Source: Escherichia coli
GTDB lineage: Bacteria > Pseudomonadota > Gammaproteobacteria > Enterobacterales > Enterobacteriaceae
Assembly: GCF_044324875.1 (NCBI RefSeq)
Contig: NZ_CP172185.1
Strand: one strand, 5' to 3'
Length of the DNA: 64,000 nt
The notes under the pieces are model-generated. The model did not search any database and was not told the DNA's origin. It worked only from the letters and a program-made list of their open reading frames with translations. Shown piece by piece: positions 58,260 through 64,000 of the stretch (its first letter is position 1; every line of letters begins with the position of its first letter). The position numbers were made by a program, and so were the translations under genes.

Positions 58260-59547
58260 AATATTTACCTGTGAACTGATAACGGAAACGACCATTTTCC
58301 AGTTGTCTTGTGACAGAGAGAAAACGGACAGATGGCTCGCTGAAGCGCTCTGCCAGCTGGTTAGCCGGGAGTAGCGTCTGTATCTGCAGGTCATACTCTT
58401 TCCACGGTGGCTGGATGATGTTTCCGTTTTCATCAGTGAAGCTGTTATTGACTTCCTGCCAGTCAATCTGCAGTTGAACTGACTGTGCGAGCGTGGTCAG
58501 TCGTTCCTGCAGGTCTCGGGTTTCCGGAAGGGAATCAACCGGGACAGGATTATCCGGGAGCCGGAATGTGACCGGCAGTGCAACGCCGCCAGAGTTCCCT
58601 TCAGGCATAACAATAAACGGCCGGGTGTCTGTGAGTTCAGTGATGCGCCGGATGAAGGCTGTCACTGTCGTGCCTGCTGTATTGGTGTATGAAGAACGCA
58701 GATTACCGCTGTTACCGTCAGAAGAACATTCAGCCAGGGTATAACGCCATCCGGCAGCAGACAGTGGCGTCTGGTTCCATGTTGTGCTGCATTGCCGGAT
58801 AAATTCTCCGCTCTCAGGCTGCCTCGTCCATGGTGGCGTTATACGTGCTTCAGCTGCTTTCCGGGCGCTTTCTTCCCGTTCCGCTTTTTCCGCCTGCCAG
58901 ATTTCATAACGTTGCCAGCCGTACCACGATGCGCCAAGCAGCGTGATGATGAGTAAGGCTGTCATTAACTGTGGGCCTCTGGACACGGGGAGCAGACGCG
59001 CTTCTGCCGGATGCTTTCTGGTGCTGATCAGGTTTGACAGCGGTAGCGGGATACACCGACTGTCTGGTGAAAAACCGTCAGGTTCGTAGCGTACCCAGCC
59101 GTTTTCCGGTTCCGCATTGAGCATCAGGAACGTGTTGCGGGCTTCCGTGATTTCAGTCGGGGTACCGGTAACGTCGTTAACCAGAATGCCATTAATCACC
59201 GATACAAACGCACAGGTGAGTTCAGCGTCGTCGTTCTCGATGATGAAAATGGCATACCCACCTGATTTGAGTAGCGGGCGTATTAACATTGCCAGTGACA
59301 GGCACTGGCGAATGTTACGGGGGATATCTGCATCCTGACGACTGAGCAGGGCAATCATCATTTCATCACCGTTTTCACCGTCGTGGTTGTGGCAGGAAAG
59401 ATACAGTTCTGCGCCCTGTGACCGGGCAAACCGCCGGGCATTCCGGTAACCGGGAGGTATGCTCTTCCAGTCAAGGCCCGCAAGGAATGCCTGTTTACCC
59501 GATATCAGTGAAACCGGACGAATTTTTTTCTGCATTGACCCGTTCAA
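58249..59547 (-). CDS. pilO: pilus assembly protein PilO
   Basis: 432 aa, single internal TM helix; operon position. Confidence 0.45.
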   Translation of the reverse strand: MNGSMQKKIRPVSLISGKQAFLAGLDWKSIPPGYRNARRFARSQGAELYLSCHNHDGENGDEMMIALLSRQDADIPRNIRQCLSLAMLIRPLLKSGGYAIFIIENDDAELTCAFVSVINGILVNDVTGTPTEITEARNTFLMLNAEPENGWVRYEPDGFSPDSRCIPLPLSNLISTRKHPAEARLLPVSRGPQLMTALLIITLLGASWYGWQRYEIWQAEKAEREESARKAAEARITPPWTRQPESGEFIRQCSTTWNQTPLSAAGWRYTLAECSSDGNSGNLRSSYTNTAGTTVTAFIRRITELTDTRPFIVMPEGNSGGVALPVTFRLPDNPVPVDSLPETRDLQERLTTLAQSVQLQIDWQEVNNSFTDENGNIIQPPWKEYDLQIQTLLPANQLAERFSEPSVRFLSVTRQLENGRFRYQFTGKYYAR

Positions 59548-59558
59548 GGGAACCTCCG

Positions 59559-61184
59559 TCAGATTACGTGCGGTGTGATCAGCACAACCAGAATGGTGTC
59601 ATCGTCACCGCTGTCAGTGCCGCCACCCAGCCCGAAGAATGCCGGGCTGCCGACGCCCTGGCGCACGGATTTGCTGCCGGACTGCCGGAATCCGCTGAGA
59701 ATGACGGTCTGACCTGATTTCAGGTCGATGGTCTGGTTGATGGTTTTCAGGTCCACCGTGGGTACCTGTGCCCGGCTGCCGCCGCTCTCGAACACCTCAA
59801 AGGTGGGTTTGTCGGAGAGGTTCATGCTGAAGAGCAGCTGCAGGCTGCGCGCATCCGGCTGAATGAACGGCAGCAGGGTCATGTTGAAGCCGGTGGTGAT
59901 GGTGGCGGCGTTCAGGGAGGTGCTGGTCCCGACGTTGGCCGTGGTGTCGGTGGTGACACCTTCGATATAGCCCTGCTGGCTGGCCACCTGCATGGGCACC
60001 GGCGTCATGTTTTTGGTGACGGCGGAGTTCTGTGTGACCACGCTGACGGTGCCCTGACTGGAGAGCGCCTTCAGGAAGGCCTTCGAGCCGGTGAGCTTAC
60101 CGTCCACAATGGAGACGCCACTGGTGATGATGTCATCGGCGGCACTGCTGAATGCCCCTCCCAGCGTGAGGCCGAGACGTCCGTCGCTGAAGACGGCATT
60201 CCAGTCAATGCCGGCCTGGTCACGGCGGGTTTTTCTGACGCTGAGGACTTCCACGTTCAGCACCACCTGACGTCGCATCTCGCGGTTACGTGCCTCCACA
60301 AAACGGCTGACGGTGTCGAGGACCCGAGGGGTGTCGGTGACGGTGAGAAAGCCGGTGGCAAGCACCATCCGGCCGGTCCCGGGGGTCAGCATGGCACCGA
60401 CGGCATTTTTCAGGTCCTCATAGAGGGTGGACTTCATGTCGACCGTGGTGGTCTGGGTGTTGCTGGCCTCCCCGCTGAGGGTGCCGGCGTTACTGCCGGT
60501 ACTGCTGCCGGATGAGGAGGAGGCGGTGCCACTGACGACTCTGGCATTGTAGGCGACCTGGCTGTCCATGTAGGTGACCGGGAAGGTGCGTGTCTCCAGC
60601 CAGTAAAAGGTGATGGCGCGCCGGTCACTGTCGTAACGGTACGAGATACCGAGCCGGGAGGCGACGGTATCCAGCAGCTGCCGCAGCCCGGTGGCGCTGA
60701 GTTCCGGCAGGACGGCACCGCCGCCCGGGGGGATGACCTGTGCGCCACTGCCGACGGCGGCCAGCGGCACCATGCCGTTCGGGTCAGGTGCGGGGATTGC
60801 GCCTGTCAGCTGCTGTGTGGGGCCGGTGGTGGCCAGCGCCTGCCAGACGTCGGCGGTGATGGTCACGGGGATACCGCAGCTTCCGGTGATGCGCTGGGCT
60901 ATCTGCCGCAGGCTGATATCCCGGCGGGTGTTGATGATGATGGGGCAGCCCGGCAGGCTCTGGTGTGCGGGGCTGACGCTGACAGGAGAGGGGTTGATCC
61001 ACTGTCGCGTGGTCTCCGTGACCACCGGCCGGGATTTACGGAGTTCGCCCGCGTGCCGGCGCGCTTTCTCCAGTGTGGCGGTGGCGTCTTTTTCCGTGTT
61101 GCTGATACGTTCGGCCGTACCGCAGCCTGACAGCAGCAGGGCGACGGCAGTCAGTGGCAGGAGCATGTGTTGTCTTTTTTTCAT
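59559..61184 (-). CDS. pilN: secretin-like outer-membrane lipoprotein PilN
   Basis: lipobox LLSGC; large Gly/Ser/Thr-rich secretin-like body; table ORF trimmed. Confidence 0.6.
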   Translation of the reverse strand: MKKRQHMLLPLTAVALLLSGCGTAERISNTEKDATATLEKARRHAGELRKSRPVVTETTRQWINPSPVSVSPAHQSLPGCPIIINTRRDISLRQIAQRITGSCGIPVTITADVWQALATTGPTQQLTGAIPAPDPNGMVPLAAVGSGAQVIPPGGGAVLPELSATGLRQLLDTVASRLGISYRYDSDRRAITFYWLETRTFPVTYMDSQVAYNARVVSGTASSSSGSSTGSNAGTLSGEASNTQTTTVDMKSTLYEDLKNAVGAMLTPGTGRMVLATGFLTVTDTPRVLDTVSRFVEARNREMRRQVVLNVEVLSVRKTRRDQAGIDWNAVFSDGRLGLTLGGAFSSAADDIITSGVSIVDGKLTGSKAFLKALSSQGTVSVVTQNSAVTKNMTPVPMQVASQQGYIEGVTTDTTANVGTSTSLNAATITTGFNMTLLPFIQPDARSLQLLFSMNLSDKPTFEVFESGGSRAQVPTVDLKTINQTIDLKSGQTVILSGFRQSGSKSVRQGVGSPAFFGLGGGTDSGDDDTILVVLITPHVI

Positions 61185-61373
61185 GCAGAAATCCTTGTGT
61201 GAAACGTGAAAACAGTGAGCAGAGCAGGGAGGGCAGAAGCGCTTCGGGACTGAAGTCTGCGCGTGATGGCGATATATCCGCGGGACATGACCGCGGCCGG
61301 ATATGCAGACTTCAGTCCACAGGCTCCTCACACTGTGCGGGACAGCGAAGGTTAACGGTGCAGTGATGTCCCG

Positions 61374-61811
61374 CTAGTTGAAATAAACAAATGCGCTGTC
61401 AGGAATGACGGACGGCACGCTGATACCGGTGTCCTGACCTGTGGTGTTCAGCAGTCGCCGCCCCTTCACCCGGCCTGCCAGCGCGGTTTTGTGGGTGATG
61501 TCTGCCAGCGCACCTGCAAGCCCAGGGCGGTCATCCTGCCAGACAAAGACCCGCTGTCCGGCGATGATATGGCGGGTACCGTATACCGGGCGGAAACCCG
61601 TGGCGGTGACGGGGAGCGTGCCACCCCCCGTGCGCTCAGCCGGATGGGTGTACAGCCGGTCGTTAATGCCGTTCATGAGGCGGACCATCTCCCACGCACG
61701 TTCACGCATCTCCGCCTGCTCGCTGTACACGGTGACCCGGTGGGTACTGCTGTTGTGAAACCAGGTCAGCGCCACGGTCAGGGCCATGACCAGGGAGAGC
61801 GACCAGCCCAT
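61374..61811 (-). CDS. pilM: pilus assembly protein PilM
   Basis: 146 aa with N-terminal TM helix. Confidence 0.4.
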   Translation of the reverse strand: MGWSLSLVMALTVALTWFHNSSTHRVTVYSEQAEMRERAWEMVRLMNGINDRLYTHPAERTGGGTLPVTATGFRPVYGTRHIIAGQRVFVWQDDRPGLAGALADITHKTALAGRVKGRRLLNTTGQDTGISVPSVIPDSAFVYFN

Positions 61812-61813
61812 GG

Positions 61814-62539
61814 TCAGTCTCCCGGTCTGTCGCTGACGTGCACCACACACTGCGTGCTGTTGATGGCTGCATACAGCGGCGTCTGTGCGTCCTGATAGAG
61901 ACGGAAGAGTTCACTGAGCGCGTGGCGGAACTCGCCGGTGAAATGCAGCGGCGCATCGATGCTGTAATTGAGTCTGGGGTTCTGCCAGGCCAGCTGCCAG
62001 GTGCCACCGGCCTGACAGGGAACGGCGGCCACCCACTGCTCAAGACCGGCACGCAGCAGGGTTCCGCGGGCAAGAGTCCAGGTGGTCCGTGCATGCGCCG
62101 GTTGCGGCATGTTTGCTGATTTTTCCGCGGTTTTTTCCTGCAGACTGGTGGTGCCCGGGGTGGCCTGAGACGGACTGAACAGGGTGTTCCGCTCAATACG
62201 TACATGCTTCTTCTCCGTGTCGGTGATGGCGCGGAGCTGATATTTTTTCAGCATGCGTTCCGTAACGTAATTCCACTGGTCATTTCCCTTCCATGACACC
62301 GTGCGGGGCGGCCTGACATCCGGTGCAATGTCAAATGTCCATCCCGGCGGTATCAGTTGCTGCATGGCTTTTTTCAGTGATAACCCTTTACCGTCCCGGG
62401 GAATAAATTTCAGTGCTCCCGGAGCGCTGCTGACCGTGGACGATGAGGGTGCACTGACCTGAGAAGGTGACGGTGCAGCAAAAAGTGGAACAGAAAATGC
62501 CAGCAGCGGCACAATAAGAAGTGGTTTCAGTGGTGTCAT
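61814..62539 (-). CDS. pilL: pilus assembly protein PilL (exported)
   Basis: signal peptide; first large gene of minus-strand pil operon. Confidence 0.45.
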   Translation of the reverse strand: MTPLKPLLIVPLLAFSVPLFAAPSPSQVSAPSSSTVSSAPGALKFIPRDGKGLSLKKAMQQLIPPGWTFDIAPDVRPPRTVSWKGNDQWNYVTERMLKKYQLRAITDTEKKHVRIERNTLFSPSQATPGTTSLQEKTAEKSANMPQPAHARTTWTLARGTLLRAGLEQWVAAVPCQAGGTWQLAWQNPRLNYSIDAPLHFTGEFRHALSELFRLYQDAQTPLYAAINSTQCVVHVSDRPGD

Positions 62540-62591
62540 ATTATGGTCCTGTATCGCACATTTTTTGTGTTTCCTGAGCCTGTATCCGGTT

Positions 62592-62810
62592 TTATTCCGG
62601 CTGAACTCTGCTGCATGAGAATGCGGTGACGTTCACTTTCACACTGAACGATTTACCGGCCTCTTTTTCTTTTAAAAACAGCCTGACGCATTCAGGCTCA
62701 GTCATCGGTGTGTTCTGAAAACGCACCCAGGATACCGGTGCACCACCAGGCTTCAGGATGGTGGCTTCAATCCGGTATTTATGCGGTGTGGTGTCTGTTG
62801 TTGCTGTCAT
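62592..62810 (-). CDS. small hypothetical protein upstream of pilL
   Basis: 72 aa ORF. Confidence 0.3.
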   Translation of the reverse strand: MTATTDTTPHKYRIEATILKPGGAPVSWVRFQNTPMTEPECVRLFLKEKEAGKSFSVKVNVTAFSCSRVQPE

Positions 62811-63336
62811 TCATGGCTCCTGTTGCCGGTTTCCGGTCCCGGAAAAACAGGCGACATCAGCAACAAGGGGAAAAACGCGATGTCGCCTGAAAGGTACTGG
62901 TGCAGCGGTGCGTTGTACGGACGCAGGTCCGCACAACCGGAAATACACGGGATGATTCGGTCAGTGTATTTTCGTGTTGTGCGCCTGTACTGATACGGCA
63001 GGGTGTGATGAGTGTTACCTGTGGCTGCAGGCGCGGCACGTCACTCATAACGTAGCATTCTGTTTCCTCCTCAGCCCGGCTTCAGGGCGTTGCCGCAATA
63101 CCCGATTGTTAAAGAGCCTTACCGGCATGGTGTCCGGTGTCACCGCGCGGATAACGATACGGCGGTGTCTGAAGGGATGATGCTGCGGCGCTCTGCACAT
63201 GGCGACGATTAATTCTTTTTGTGTTTCTGAAAATTTATTGCCGGGAAATTTCTGGTGTGACAGGGTGAATTAATTCTGGTCAGCGACGCTCCTGAGAAGG
63301 CAGAGTGCGCTGACATTTCGTGAACGGAGGAATGCC

Positions 63337-64000
63337 ATGTCCCTGAATCCCACCGATGAACAGTCAGCCATCATTCACTGGCAGGGGGAAAAACTGGTGG
63401 TGAATGCCTTTGCCGGTACAGGCAAAACCAGCACACTGGTGCAGTTCGCCGCAGCCTGCCCTGAGAGCCGGATGCTGTATCTGGCCTATAACCGCGCGAT
63501 TCGTGATGAGGCGGAGCGCCGGTTTCCCTTTAATGTGGAGTGCAAAACCTCCCATCAGCTGGCGTATTCGCGGTTCGGAAAGCATTTCCGGCATCGTCTG
63601 GTGCCGGGGCTGTCAGTGACGGATGTAGCGAGAAAACTGAACACCCGCTACTGGACGCTTGCCCGTGTTGCCATGACCGCGCTGAATCAGTTCATCTGTT
63701 CGGCGGACGTGGCGCCCGGAATGCAGCATATGCCGCCTCCCGACGAGATGAAGGGCATGTCGCCACAGGATGCGCTGCGTGCCGTGCAGATCCTCTGGCA
63801 TGAAATGAGCAATCCGGATGGCAATTTTCCGGTCACTCACGACACCTATCTGAAGCTCTATCAGCTTTCCTCACCGGATCTGTCACGCAGGTGGGATACG
63901 ATCCTTTTTGATGAGGCCCAGGATGCGAATCCGGTGACGTCCGCACTGGTGCTGGGGCAGCGGTGCAGGGTGGTACTGGTTGGCGACCGTTACCAGCAGA
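63337..64000 (+). CDS. UvrD/Rep-family DNA helicase, 3' end beyond window
   Basis: GGAGG RBS; Walker A AGTGKTS; FDEAQD motif. Confidence 0.6.
   Translation, partial: MSLNPTDEQSAIIHWQGEKLVVNAFAGTGKTSTLVQFAAACPESRMLYLAYNRAIRDEAERRFPFNVECKTSHQLAYSRFGKHFRHRLVPGLSVTDVARKLNTRYWTLARVAMTALNQFICSADVAPGMQHMPPPDEMKGMSPQDALRAVQILWHEMSNPDGNFPVTHDTYLKLYQLSSPDLSRRWDTILFDEAQDANPVTSALVLGQRCRVVLVGDRYQQ

Overview
The window reads as a segment of an integrative conjugative element (ICE) of the PAPI-1 / SPI-7 / ICEHin1056 type, with about 25 kb of AT-rich cargo between two conserved modules. Positions 1-21.9 kb carry a co-oriented conjugative transfer operon on the plus strand (SLT transglycosylase, TraD-like coupling ATPase, RAQPRD-motif protein, VirB4/TraC-like ATPase, TraU-like and TraG_N-like proteins), interrupted by an inserted Iha/IrgA-like TonB-dependent receptor gene. 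Positions 47.6-62.8 kb carry a minus-strand R64-type type IVB pilus operon (pilL to pilV) ending in a shufflon with the Rci recombinase, followed by a partial UvrD-like helicase gene. The cargo (21.9-47.6 kb) holds an rpmE2 (L31 type B) paralog, a methyltransferase plus DUF262-HNH nuclease pair next to a CcdAB-like pair, a tyrosine-recombinase-like gene bounded by 244-bp direct repeats, an ArdA-like gene split by an IS21-family element, a Type III mod-res operon, and decayed higBA and IS629-like remnants. The most notable signals are two long microsatellites placed directly 5' of the two methyltransferase loci (a 5-mer x29 inside a leader ORF overlapping the mod start, and a 7-mer x17 upstream of the other methyltransferase), and three insertions each bounded by imperfect direct repeats of the local target sequence. 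All calls rest on reading the sequence and recalled family signatures; no searches were run, and coordinates counted by hand may be off by 1-2 nt.
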